From NCBI GenBank assembly GCA_001662655.1, contig KV460211.1: DNA of 64,000 bases. One strand, written 5' to 3'. The translations under genes and the position numbers were made by a program. The stretch's first letter is position 1, and each line of letters opens with the position of its first letter. Below, one piece after another: positions 37,688-49,556 of this stretch. The DNA comes from Pseudogymnoascus verrucosus (Eukaryota). Below the pieces are notes generated by a model, which saw only the letters and a program-made list of their open reading frames with translations, did not search any database and was not told where the DNA came from.

Positions 37688-39040
37688 ATGACAGCCGCTG
37701 TTCCTAGCGGGCCTGATACGAAGAATGGCAACACCTTCGTATATTTGAACATACCTCTGCTCTTCTTATCTGCAATCATCGTTGGCTATCGTGTATGGTG
37801 GAGGTGCATTAGGAACGGCAGCGGCGCCTTGAACAAGGCGGACATCTGCGTTATCATCTGCTTGGTAATAGCTCTGTTTCCCGGGTTAGGTTTGTTTGAT
37901 GCTAACTAGTCAACAGATATTCAATATTATTCAAGTGGCTTGTATCTCATCAGGTAAGGACCATAGTGGACAACAACAATTGAACGCTATCGCTAACCAA
38001 ACTTCTCAGCAATTCTGAACTGGGGTTTCGGACACCATGCACCTTATCTCAGCGCAGAACAGCGCTACAACTCACTACTACTATTTTTCGTATTCCAGTG
38101 CTTCGTCAAGAACACAGTCGCCATAACGAAGCTCTCTTTCCTCTTCCTCTATCTCGACATTTTCCCTCAAAGGAACTTCCGCATAATCTGCTGGGCTCTA
38201 ATCGTTCATATATCGGCCGCTATAGTCGCACTCAGCTTCACTACTATCTTCCAATGCACTCCGGTGAAATATTCATGGGACAAGACTGTACCAGGCTCTT
38301 GGTTAGCAGGCTCGTTGACTCCTTAATTATGAAGCACTGCTAATATCTTTTAGCATCAACATTAAAGCGTTCTGGTATGGTCAGTCGGGATGGAACACCT
38401 TGATGGATGTGATAGTCCTTATATTGCCCATCCCTGTGATCGTAAAGCTACAGATGAACCGTCGAGCCAAGCTCGGTCTTTTGGCAGTTTTTATCCTTGG
38501 AACGTTGTAAGTACCCAAATGCCGCCATTCCCCCACCTTCTTCTGACATCTCAAAGCGTATGCATAACCAGTATTGAGCGGCTAATTAGCCTCAATTTCA
38601 ACGCTACGTTTGCCAAAGACTTTACCTGGGCGACTGGAACCTCGGTCATCTGGACCCAAGTCGAATCGACGGTTGGCGTCATCTGCGCCTGTGCACCAAC
38701 TCTAAGAAGCCCACTGGCTCGGTTGATGCCATTCGTCTTTGGCTCTACGAAACACGACCAATCTTATCCATTAGGCGATGGTGTATCCCAGGGTGTGTCC
38801 TACAATGCCCGTATAGCCCAGCGCTCAAAAACACATGGGGGGTCTGAGGTTGGAATGGAGGACGTAGGGACGCATTACAAAGGAGAAGGCAGCGAGGAGA
38901 GGATAATTGGCATCCAGAAGACTGTTAGCATTGAGTTGACATACCTCGAACGGCCAGGGGAAGTAAACACGGAGGGCAACAAGACATACAAGGAACACCG
39001 GTTTGATCGTCATGATATTCAAAGCACGAGTGTCGCATAG
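37688..39040 (+). CDS. PTH11-like integral membrane (rhodopsin-domain) receptor, no CFEM domain
   Basis: Introns 37865-37917, 37953-38009, 38302-38353, 38507-38556; GFGHH, TKLSFLFLYLDIF, IFQCTP..WD, DVIVLILPIP, WTQVESTVGVICACAPTL. Confidence 0.88.
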
Positions 39041-39314
39041 CATATGGTAGTGGTGGAGGTTAGATTTCTGTATTATATAGAATATACGAAAAGGGGCTTG
39101 ATGTAGTGTACTACAGTAACCGTGAGGTATTATTGTACGAGTTATGAGCAAGCAAAATCTCAATTTAGAATATACCCTATGCTCCTCTTTTTGGAGTCAT
39201 ACATTACACCCTATAATTATTCACAAAATATCTACACTACCATTATTTTACCCCCCAGTGAAAATAGCCACCCAAAATCTAGCCTCCCTCAACTTAACGC
39301 CATCTATATGCCCG

Positions 39315-40757
39315 CTACTTCAAATAAACCGTCCTCACAACAATAAATACTATCCCACCCGCCATCGTGAAGCTGCCTGACAGAATCAGCATATGCGAGA
39401 AATGCCCCTCGACAACATTAATAATGGTCCCCGCAATCGGGCTACCAATGAGAATCCCGAGTGCGGCAAAGCACAGCGACATGCCCATCCACGTCCCAAC
39501 AAGCCGCATGTCGGGAACCAGCCTCACAAGAACCTGAGGAGGCAGCGATACAACCGCCCCAGACAAGAAGCCGTATATAATAGCAAAGACTATCAATCCC
39601 GCAAGGTTGTCTATGGCAACCCACGCATAGGCAAATGCAGCAGCCAAAACCGTGACTCCTGTTAGCGCATTCATGGCCCCGAATTTATCTGCTATGATGC
39701 CAGGCAGAATGCGTCCAAACACAGACGCTCCGTTCAGAATCGACAGAAGATAGAACGACATGTCGGACTCGACATTTGCATGTCGCTGGGCGTAGACAAT
39801 GATGTAGAATATTGGAATATACAACCCCGCGAATGCAAGGAACATCCCAAAGCTAAACAGAACGAACGGAACGGACTTGAGAGCGTTGATATCGAGCATA
39901 GCACGCGCCTGCTTCGGCGGTGGAAGTCGTGACTTTATGATCGCAATACTGATCGAGAGGGTGCCGAGCGCTATGAACGCGATAACTCTCGTCGTCCAGG
40001 CGAATCCGATCTGCGGCTGTAACTTGCGAAAGATGATGGGGTACAAAACGCTGCCGATGCTACCTCCTGCGGCCGTGATTCCTGTGGCTATGCCACGTCT
40101 GGTCGAAAAGTACGTCGCGACGATAGCCACACTAGGGAGAAATAGGAGACCTCCTCCAAGTCCGACACAGACACCCTGGGCGAGGAAGAGCTGATAATAC
40201 TCCGTGGACAAACTGGTCATCATTAGACCGAAGACCGTGAAGAAGGTCCCTGCAACAACCAAGCCACGGACATGCCCTCGGTCGAATATTGGGCCGCTGA
40301 TGATGCTAAGCGACACGAGCAAAAATGCTCCAAACGTCCCAATCCACGAGATATCCGAGGATTTGCGAGATTGAAGGAGAGAGGTTTGATAGAAGGCCTG
40401 GTAGACACCGAAGGTATTCACAATGCCCCTACGACAGTTAGCACAGGCACGCATAATGCTGGATATGTCTACTCACCAAGAGTTGAAGAAGAGGAGAAAT
40501 GCCCCTAGCACCTGCAACCACGCTGCGAAGCCGCCATCAGGGGGAGGTGCGATAGGCTTTTCTGTTAGAGGCTCCTCTGGCATGTTCTCTGGCAGAGTCA
40601 CCTCTCGCTCATCTTTGGTTGAGCCGTCGGATATCTCTTTTGTATCAAAGGGTGGTCCAGTGGGCTTTTCTGATAGATGCGCCTCTGAGGTATTTACTGA
40701 CGGAGGGATCCCTCGTTCATCTTGGGTTGATCCGTCGGATATCTCTTTTGATGACAT
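39315..40757 (-). CDS. MFS monocarboxylate-porter family transporter (Mch5-like)
   Basis: PPDGGFAAWLQVLG..NSW|GIVNTFGVYQ (intron 40476-40429), GPIFDRG, LAQGVCVGLG, GRILPGIIADKFG. Confidence 0.92.
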
Positions 40758-41431
40758 TTTGAAAGACTTAATCACGACTGTAATGAACTCATTATCCAAT
40801 TCCTATGGCCATATTATATACGTTTAATAGATTTCCTTGAACTTCTGCTGATAAATCAAAACGTGTTCGTCGTAGGGTAAATATGCCAGCTGAATAGTAA
40901 TCATGGTGGTTTTGACGGCGACTTTGGCGCTAGGGTGCCACTTAGCCGTTTCCCGATCCAAGCCGTTTCCGACTCATTTCTAAATAGTAATCACATTAGC
41001 CGAGGTGCATGTTAACGATTAGTAGAAGTTTTTGAAGTTCTAGCTGGACGGCTATATAAGTAGACATTATGTAAACGGATAGACATTGTCCTGGTCAGCA
41101 TACATGAGTATTAATGAGGAGGAAGGGAGAGAGAGGGGAGTGGGGAGTGGGGAGTGGGGGTTGTTACGGCTCTCGGAAGCACTATTAGCCGAGCATGTTT
41201 TGACTGGTAAAATAGCACAGGGAACAAAAACATACTGTAGATACACCAGTGTATTTTTGTTTTCGCTGTGTGCTAGACTGTGCCAAAACATCACGAACCA
41301 AAGTTCTGGAATTCTATTCTGTCGAAATGACAGCCCTACCAGCCACTGGGTGCAGGGGCTGGGAGAGGGACCAAACGATTTTTATGACGACTTCTACTAT
41401 TCGACCATAAGGAGTACTCGACCATAAGTTC

Positions 41432-41483
41432 TTATCACGGCTCTTACGGCCGCATCGTGGACCGGCCGTAAGAGCTGTGGTAA
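41432..41483. promoter_or_regulatory. 21-bp-arm palindrome in the MCT/laccase divergent promoter
   Basis: TTATCACGGCTCTTACGGCCG-(10 nt)-CGGCCGTAAGAGCTGTGGTAA, two G.T mismatches. Confidence 0.7.
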
Positions 41484-42095
41484 CAAGCGCTGACAGGCGT
41501 TGGCGATACCCACTATCCGCTGTCTGGGGGGAAAATACGAGACGGACATCAAAACTAACCAAACCCAATCGGGAATTTTTTGCGCAACGTCTAATCCCAG
41601 CTTTCAAAGTAAGCAATTCGCTCTCTGTGGCTAAGCTTTGGAGATGAAGTGCTTATTTGCTTGTCTGGGAAGTTTATGCACGCATGAATGCGGCTGAGGT
41701 TAAGGGTCTCTCATCCCTATTTTGCGGCCGTAAGGCTGGGCGGCATGCCGCAATTGTGAGGGCTGTGAATAATACCCCTGCTGGAGCTGCTTGCTCATTT
41801 ACAGATACTCGTATCAGCTAGCAAATATGTCTTATTTTACGTCGTGCCGGGAAAATCATAGACAAGGGAGTTGCGCGTATTAGTCCGATCTCTTCAGGTT
41901 ATGTGTTCGTTGGGACAGAGCTATGTCGATCTCCGGATTGTCTCAGGTGAGACTTCATCGTTACCTGTACATACAATCATTGATCGTAGCCATATATATA
42001 TATATATATATTGTGAATCGCACCACCTGGAATCGCCATTCTGTTCTACATTTCTGTTGCCATAGATCGTTCTCGGTCTTATAACGCATATCGTC

Positions 42096-44281
42096 ATGAA
42101 TCTCATATCGTCCATCCTCAGCTCGACAAGCCTGATAGCCAGTCTATCGCAGGTCTCTACAAATGGTACTATCACTCTCTAATCCCCCAAAGCCATGATA
42201 ATGGAAGTTGATTATAATTCCACTATGTAGGAGGCTCTTTACTGGGCACGCTTTCTGCTCCGTTCTTGCCAAAATTTCTAGAGGACGGCGTAAGTCTCCA
42301 TCTCTTACTATCTGCACCTTCTAATTGTTTGAAGCCCTTACCCCGAGGATTTCCATGGGCCGATGCGTCAGCGCAGCACACAAATCCTTACGAGGAAGTC
42401 CCAAATACTGGGAAAATTCGCCCTTACAATTTTGTTATTGAGCGTGGCATTCTCTCACCCGATGGCGTCGAAAAGAATGGCCTCCTCATCAACGGACAAT
42501 TTCCAGGTCCTACCATTGAAGCAAACTGGGGAGATACATTCCAGGTAAGTCCTCTTACTTAGGTCGCAGGGTTATGCTTATTCTTTTGGGCAGATTACTG
42601 TGACGAATAATATCACTGGGCCCGAAGAAGGTACCGCTCTCCATTGGCATGGCCTGCTTCAAAAGGAGACACCTTGGTTTGATGGTATACCATCAGGTAA
42701 TATCTCTGTTGTTTAATGCAAGTAGTTACACCAAACTAACTAAATGAACAGTTTCTCAGTGCCCAATTGCACCAGGGAGCTCGTTCACGTACACATTTCG
42801 AGCGGATTCCTACGGCACAAGCTGGTATCACTCTCACTACAGCGCACAGTACGCAGACGGGCTTTTAGGGGCCATGATCATCCACGGACCTGCTCATGCA
42901 CACTACGATTATGACCTTGGACCTATCATGCTAGTAGGTGATATCCATCGTTAGGGATAAGTTTTAGAGCTAACCCAGATAGTCTGACCATAACCACGAG
43001 GAATATTTCAAAATCGTCCAGCGCTTCACGGGAAGCAAACTCGTCCCAAATTCAACGAACAACCTTATTAATGGGAAAATGAACTACGACTGTTCTCTCA
43101 CAAATTTAACTTGTACTCCAAATGCTGGGCTGTCGAAGTTCAAATTTGAGTCTGGAAAACTACACCGATTGCGTCTCATCAACTCTGGAGCGGAGGGGTT
43201 GCAGAGATTCACCATCGACAACCATACCATGACCGTCATTGCCAATGACTTTGTCCCTATTGAACCTTATGAAACCAATGTTATTACGCTTGGAGTTGGG
43301 CAGCGCAGCGATGTTCTCATTAGGGGCACTGGCCGTCCTACAGACTCATTCTGGATGAGAACCGACATCAGCGACAGATGTAGCCATTCAAACCAGCCCC
43401 ATGCTCTTGCCGTGATCCACTATGAGAAAGCTCACGCTTCTGCTGTGCCGACATCACAAGCTACTTATTTCACCGACACGAACTGCTCCAACGATCCCAT
43501 TAGTGTCACAAAGCCCCTATTCGCCATGGCGCCTCCACCTGAGCCTGCCTTCACGCAGACGATCGACATTGACTTCCAAGCTAATGCCACAGGCGCTGAG
43601 GTATGGGTGATGAACAACCAGTCCTTCCGAGCCAACTACGAGTGAGTCGAATACGTCAAATCCACCCAATCCTGACCATCACTAACCCGTGATTGCAGCC
43701 ACCCCCTCCTCCTCCTCGCCAAGCTAGGCAATACCTCGTACCCCGACGACCCGCAGTGGAACGTATACAACTTTGGTAAGAACACTTCTATTCGCCTCAT
43801 CCTGCGCGGCCTGACCCCCCTCGCACACCCGATGCACCTCCACGGTCACAACTTCTGGGTCGTCGCCGAGGGGGTAGGACAATGGGATGGAGTGGTAACG
43901 CGACCTGAGAACCCGCAGCGAAGGGATACGCAGCTCATGGACTTTGGGTATCCGTATCCTGCGGGCATGAGCTATACTGTTATTGAATTCATGGCTGATA
44001 ACCCGGGGGTTTGGCCATTCCATTGCCATGTTGCTTGGCATGTAAGTGATGGACTGTATATGAATGTGATGGTTAGTTATCACCCCCTTTTCTTGCTGAC
44101 TATCTCTTCGTATTCACATTTTGCATCAAATAAGTGCCGCGAACTTGACTAACTGGGAATATAGGAACGCCCCGATTTAATCAAGCAACGCCAGATCCCA
44201 TCGATCATGGCACAGACGTGTCGCGACTGGTGGGATTATAGCGCGCACAACATCGTTAACGAGATTGATTCCGGGTTGTAG
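42096..44281 (+). CDS. Laccase / multicopper oxidase (ascomycete type)
   Basis: Copper motifs [30 protein letters not shown]-terminal DSGL plug; about 7 introns. Confidence 0.93.
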
Positions 44282-44528
44282 AGCTTCATGCACGACTATA
44301 AATGGCAATGACAACTCATGAGGTTGATATCACTGATAGAGTGCGGATTATCTATGGGAAAAGCTTTGGTTCTTGCTTTAATAGATTTGACATTTAATTA
44401 TTTTGTGTTGAAGAGGCATAGAACCTCTAAATGAATCAATTATATGGCAAGCAAGATTCTCACCTCCCCCCCTATATAACTCCCCCACCAACCCAGACGC
44501 CATACAACCCCCAATCCACACACCACCT

Positions 44529-45190
44529 CTACTGAAGATCCGGAAACTCCCTCTCCTTGTGACTCGGGCACTCATACCCTCCCTTATTAACATCCAGATA
44601 CCGTTGATGATAGTCCTCAGCATCCCACCACTCCCCCGCCGGCAGAATCTGCGTCACCACCTTCCCACCCCACCACTGGTTGTTCGCCTTCTCCGTCACC
44701 TGGTCCGCCTGCTCCTTTTGCTCCGCGGAGTGGACGAAGATACCGCTACGGTATTGCGATCCTGTGTCTGGCCCCTGCGAGTCGCGCGTCGTGGGATCGT
44801 GCATTCGGTAGAAGAAGACGAGAAGGTCCGTGTATGGGAGGGTGATGGGGTCGAAGGTGAGTTGCACGGCTTCGGCGTCTTGGTTTTGTTAGCTATGCGC
44901 CTTCACCGACTGTGGGCGCGGGGAAACTCACGACCGGTGGAGCCGGAACACACGCTACGGTAACTGGGACTCGTAGTGTCACCGCCGATATAACCTACGC
45001 GCGCGTCGTAGAGGCCCTTGTCGGCGAATTCCTTGCGGAACATGTGCTCGACGCCCCAGAAGCAGCCGGCGGCGAGAGTAGCCTTTTGGGCGCCGGCGGG
45101 GATGGGGCCGGCGGGCGTGATGGAGAGGGAGGCGCTGGAGGTGAAGGGGCGGAGGAGGCGGGAGATGAAGGCGGGCATTGTGGGTGACAT
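44529..45190 (-). CDS. msrA: Peptide methionine sulfoxide reductase A
   Basis: GCFWG active site, VGYIGG, TG|HAEAV (intron 44931-44879), QYRS, AEDYHQRYL; possible mitochondrial presequence. Confidence 0.95.
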
Positions 45191-45805
45191 TGGGGGTGTG
45201 CGCGAATTTGGGTTCGTTGTGTGAATGGCTTGAGGGGGTGGTGAGAAGGGTTTTATTTACGAGATTTGTGGTTGAGGGCCCTCCGGATGACGGCGGGGTG
45301 GAGATCCGCGTGGGCAAAATGAGCAAACCCCGCGCTGACGCTAAAATATCACGATCGCGTCATCAAGCTCCAGCATCCCTGTCTGATAAATGCAAATCAT
45401 CGGTCCAGCAATTTCTCGCTCTCACAGTGCCGAGGGTCACTATTTCTAACTCGCTGAGTGTAATAAGGCTTATTTGGTACAGTTTGAGAACATATCCATC
45501 CGCACACTCTTTCAGAGGCAGAGCGAACTTTGGGCAATGTTCCTGCGGGTCTTGCTGCTTCTATTGGTGTATCCATTGAAGGCATGACTGCAACCTCCAA
45601 AATGATGATAAATCTCATGCATTGCCAAGGAGAATCTTCAACGGGAAGGCGTGAATAACTAAGTGTGTTGCTAAATAAAATACGCATAAATACTTGTGAA
45701 ACTATGTACCTTCTTGCGACGAAAACGAAATTCAATTGGCGGCCACCTTCCCCAAGAACCCTAATCTATTATATTGTATTATACCATGGAATTCAGGATC
45801 CAACT

Positions 45806-47213
45806 ATGGATTTTGACGACCTCGTACTGGCTCTACATGACGATGACCGCCTAGCATGGAACCAAAAACTCAGTCAAGTCGGCCCTGCCGTATGCCAACT
45901 GGCGTCAAAATCCCGCGATAACCGCCAATGCTATGTGGCTGATCTAAAATGTGGCTCATTCAACTTCTGCATCAAGGTGCAGTTTGAAGATGATGGAGAA
46001 GAGCGGATGCTGCGCTTCCCTATTCCCCGGAAAGGTCATGTTTGCAGAGCAAAAGGTGCGAGCTGAGGCGGCAACTATGAGGTACATTAGGGAAAAGACA
46101 AATATTCCAGTCCCAACCGTGATTGCTTATGGTATGGCGGATGATAATCCAACCGACCTTGGTCCTTTCCTTATCACGACCTTTGTTAAAGGCACACTAC
46201 TCGGGGAGATCCTAAAGGCATATTCTGTCGATGAGCAGGGGGACAAAGTCCTACGCAGTGATATCCCCGATTCGATACTAGAAATTGTATATCGGCAAAT
46301 TGCAGACATCACTCTAGAACTTTCAGAGCATGATTTCGACCAGATTGGCTCATTGTCTCTCCATAATGATGATACTTGGTCGATATGCTCAGGGCCTCTA
46401 ACACTCAACTCAAATGAATTGGCAAGGTGTGGGAATGTGCATGTTAAGCCGCGGGTTTACTCAACTACATCAGACTATCTGCTTGATATTGCAGAGCAAA
46501 ACATCATCCATCTAGAAGAGCAGAGGAATAGCATTAGCAGTTCATCTGACGCACGGCAGAAATACACTGCTCGCCATCTGTTCCGGGCTGCCGTCCCTAG
46601 TTTCGTGTCACGGAGATACAACCAGGGCCCTTTTAAACTTTTCTGTGACGATTTCCGGCCGGGGAACATCCTCGTCGATGATTTATTCAAGATTACTGGC
46701 ATCATCGACTGGGAATGGTGTTATGCTGCACCCTTTCAATTTACATACTCTCCGCCCCGCTGGCTATTGCTGAAAGAGCCGGCCTATTGGAACTCAAATT
46801 CAGACAACGACCTTCTTGGGACTTACCTCTCGAGGCTTGATATATTTATGCGCATCTTGGAAGAGCAGGAGCACCATCGATATAGTGTGACTGGCAAGAA
46901 CGCGGACCCGAGCCTGTCGAGTCTGATGCGCAGGTCTATAGCCGACAACACTTTTTGGTTCCACGAGGCCGCTAGAGACAGCTTTGCATTGGATTGAATA
47001 TACAGGTCGCGGCTTGACTCGTTTTGCTATGGTCCTATACTCGATCAGGACGAGAGATCCCACAGTGTTTGCCAGGCAGATGTCCACAAGGGTGTAAACG
47101 CATTCATTGATCGAAAGATGGAACATCTCTTTCAATATAAGTTAGAGTTGGGCGTAGAAGAGGAATGCGAGGTGGGGGATGATACACGCTATAATGACAG
47201 CGGGTCGGACTGA
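45806..47213 (+). pseudogene. Aminoglycoside-phosphotransferase (APH)-like kinase pseudogene
   Basis: GSFNFC..RFP, EAATMRYI..IPVP, DDFRPGNILVD, GIIDWEW. +1 frameshift in the C-run 46025-46028 and in-frame TGA 46995-46997, after which family-like sequence (IY..LD..YG..FIDRKME) continues to TGA 47213. Confidence 0.75.
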
Positions 47214-47745
47214 GCTGGCTTTCTGGTGGATGATCCTTCATATATCCGAAAAAATATCTCGCTATTTTTACGAGTTACACTCCCTGTTACATTTTTGCTA
47301 GCTTCAGCGTATACTATTTTACGGCGACAGCGGTAGTCGGTTTTGAGAATGCTTCAAGTCAAACGAATTGACAAGTGGGCGAGACGTCAATCAAAGGGTT
47401 AATTTTGAGGTAGTTGTTATAAAAGCTGTTTGAGGAATGCAAAACGATTGATGTTGTAAGCGCTTTGAAACAAAGCAATCAATCAACTAGCCAGGGAGTA
47501 TTAAATGCGCCTGAGATGTATAATATATGATTGCTTTCAGGCTTATAAGGCAAAAATTCTCCTCGTGAATCCAAACAAACAAACAAAGAAACAAAACTAC
47601 ATTCCAGCAAGTACCCGAATATATTCACCTCCACCCCTCACAACATTATTTTCCTACACCTTTCTACACCAGGTGGACCATACACCAGACAACAAGAGTT
47701 GGCTACACCGAATTCATTTACCGCACTTAACTGAATCATCGAAGA

Positions 47746-48587
47746 ATGGCTCCCAAGCATTCTGGCAAGTATGATAAGCTCACAACCATGTACAAGTAAG
47801 TTGTATCACCACATTTTCCTCGTGGTCTATTTTTGTTTGTATGCACATTATATTGCTTTACTGACAATATGAAGCTGCTTGTGCTCGGGGGCCTTCTCCG
47901 ACCTTACAATTACCTGCGGCAGCGAGACCTGGAAAGCCCACCGAGTGGTAGTGTGTCCCAAATCGTCGTTTTTCAGAGCAGCCTGTGTTGGAAACTTCAA
48001 GGTATTGATAAGTCGAGCCTTTTGGCGGATAAGAGTAACTAACCAGCCATCTATAGGAAGCTGCCACTGGGGTTATAAACCTTGAAGAAGACAATCCATT
48101 GATGGTGCAGTTCATGATGGACTACTTGTACACGGACAACTACCTCGACTTCGGTCAGGTGCCTCCCACTGGGTGTCCCAGCAAGCCAATCATTCATATA
48201 CAGATGTATTCCCTTGGGGATAAATATGATATTCCAAGTCTACGCCACATATCGACCCGCCAGTATCGAGCCTCTTTGCGAGACGGAGAAGCGAGTTTCG
48301 AGGAATATTTAGCTTCTATCCCCGAAGTCTATCAGCCACTAGCATCAAACGGTTTACGGAAAGCAGCAATCAATCACGCAAGGTTGGAGTTGAGCAAGAG
48401 TACTTGTTCGGACGAGTCAAGGTCTATGCTCAAGCGAGTCATGAAAGAGATCCCGGAGTTTGGCTCTGACCTGATTGATGCCGTTCTCGCTGCACCGGTT
48501 CCAGGCATGTGCGAAGATTGTAGAGACGATCATATGCATGGGGAAAATCTAGCCATATGTCACGTTTGCGGCGTTATCATTGAGTAA
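47746..48587 (+). CDS. BTB/POZ domain protein
   Basis: FSDLTITCGSETWKAHRVVVCPKSSFFRAAC..FK|EAATGVINLEED..YLYTDNY, YSLGDKYDIPSL; introns 47796-47874 and 48002-48056; C-terminal CxxC..CxxC. Confidence 0.85.
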
Positions 48588-48629
48588 ACATCACAAGAAT
48601 ATTCAAATACGCATCGGAACTGGTAGAAA

Positions 48630-49556
48630 TTATGCCATGACATTGTCCTTACAGCCTATAACGCCTCCTTTAATAAGAGACCCTACTAAACTTTTGATGC
48701 TTCGAATCGTGATGAGTCCGATGTTTTCTGCTCCATCGCCAGAAGGGTCAAAAGACGCCACAGTAAGTGACACAGGACGCGTCCGCTGGACGATGGCATC
48801 ATAGCATCCAAGAAGATCTTCCTCAAACAAGCCGCCTGGCACAGAAAACTGGTTCGCCTTGCCAAGTGAGATGTCCAAAGCATCAACATCAAAATGCAGC
48901 ATCGTCGGCCCCAGATCTTTCTTCTCCAGGAACCCACGTAGACGCCCTGCAAACTCCATCTTGCCACCATTCTCATCTCCCCACACAACGTCGAACCCGG
49001 CGTTCAGAACCCGCTGTCGCTCAACCTGGTTCACATCCCGCAATCCAACGTGCACAAGTTTCTCCCGAATATCCATCACCTCATGTCCCTGGACCGACCC
49101 TAGTATCCCCTTCCAGCACTCCCCGGCCAGCATAGCAATAGGTTGCGAGTCAAAGTAGCCGCTCACGACGGTATCGGGAGTGTTATAGTCGTCATGTGCA
49201 TCAAACCATATGCAACCTAGCTTCTCTCCCGTCTCACGAGCTATCAGTGACCGGTTATACCCAGCTGCCACGCCAACGGCAGCACTGCAGTTTCCCGATA
49301 GGATAATGGGAAAGGAATTGCTGTTGTGTGCCTCGGAAACGAGAGTTGAGGTGCGACGGAACAGCTCAAAGCTCCCGCCGATTTCTCCTTCAAACTCATC
49401 AACTGGTTCAATCTCAATCTCCTTGACTGGTACGCCGAGGTTCTTCAACGTTTGTACGACACCAAGTGATCTGATGAAATCAGGTCCTGCTCCGACGCCA
49501 TGGTTGTAGAACCCGACGTGGTACGGCGAGGATATGATAGTGATTGATTTAAGCAT
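48630..49556 (-). CDS. Arginase/ureohydrolase-family protein, intronless
   Basis: GAGP, WFDAHDDYNTP, SGY, VGLRDV, HFDVDALD, PGG motifs; canonical GGDHS replaced by SGNCS. Confidence 0.85.
   Translation of the reverse strand: MLKSITIISSPYHVGFYNHGVGAGPDFIRSLGVVQTLKNLGVPVKEIEIEPVDEFEGEIGGSFELFRRTSTLVSEAHNSNSFPIILSGNCSAAVGVAAGYNRSLIARETGEKLGCIWFDAHDDYNTPDTVVSGYFDSQPIAMLAGECWKGILGSVQGHEVMDIREKLVHVGLRDVNQVERQRVLNAGFDVVWGDENGGKMEFAGRLRGFLEKKDLGPTMLHFDVDALDISLGKANQFSVPGGLFEEDLLGCYDAIVQRTRPVSLTVASFDPSGDGAENIGLITIRSIKSLVGSLIKGGVIGCKDNVMA

Noticed and set aside
32745..44281. Secondary-metabolite biosynthetic cluster
   Set aside because: No PKS, NRPS, terpene cyclase or DMATS backbone gene is present; treated as a catabolic candidate instead.
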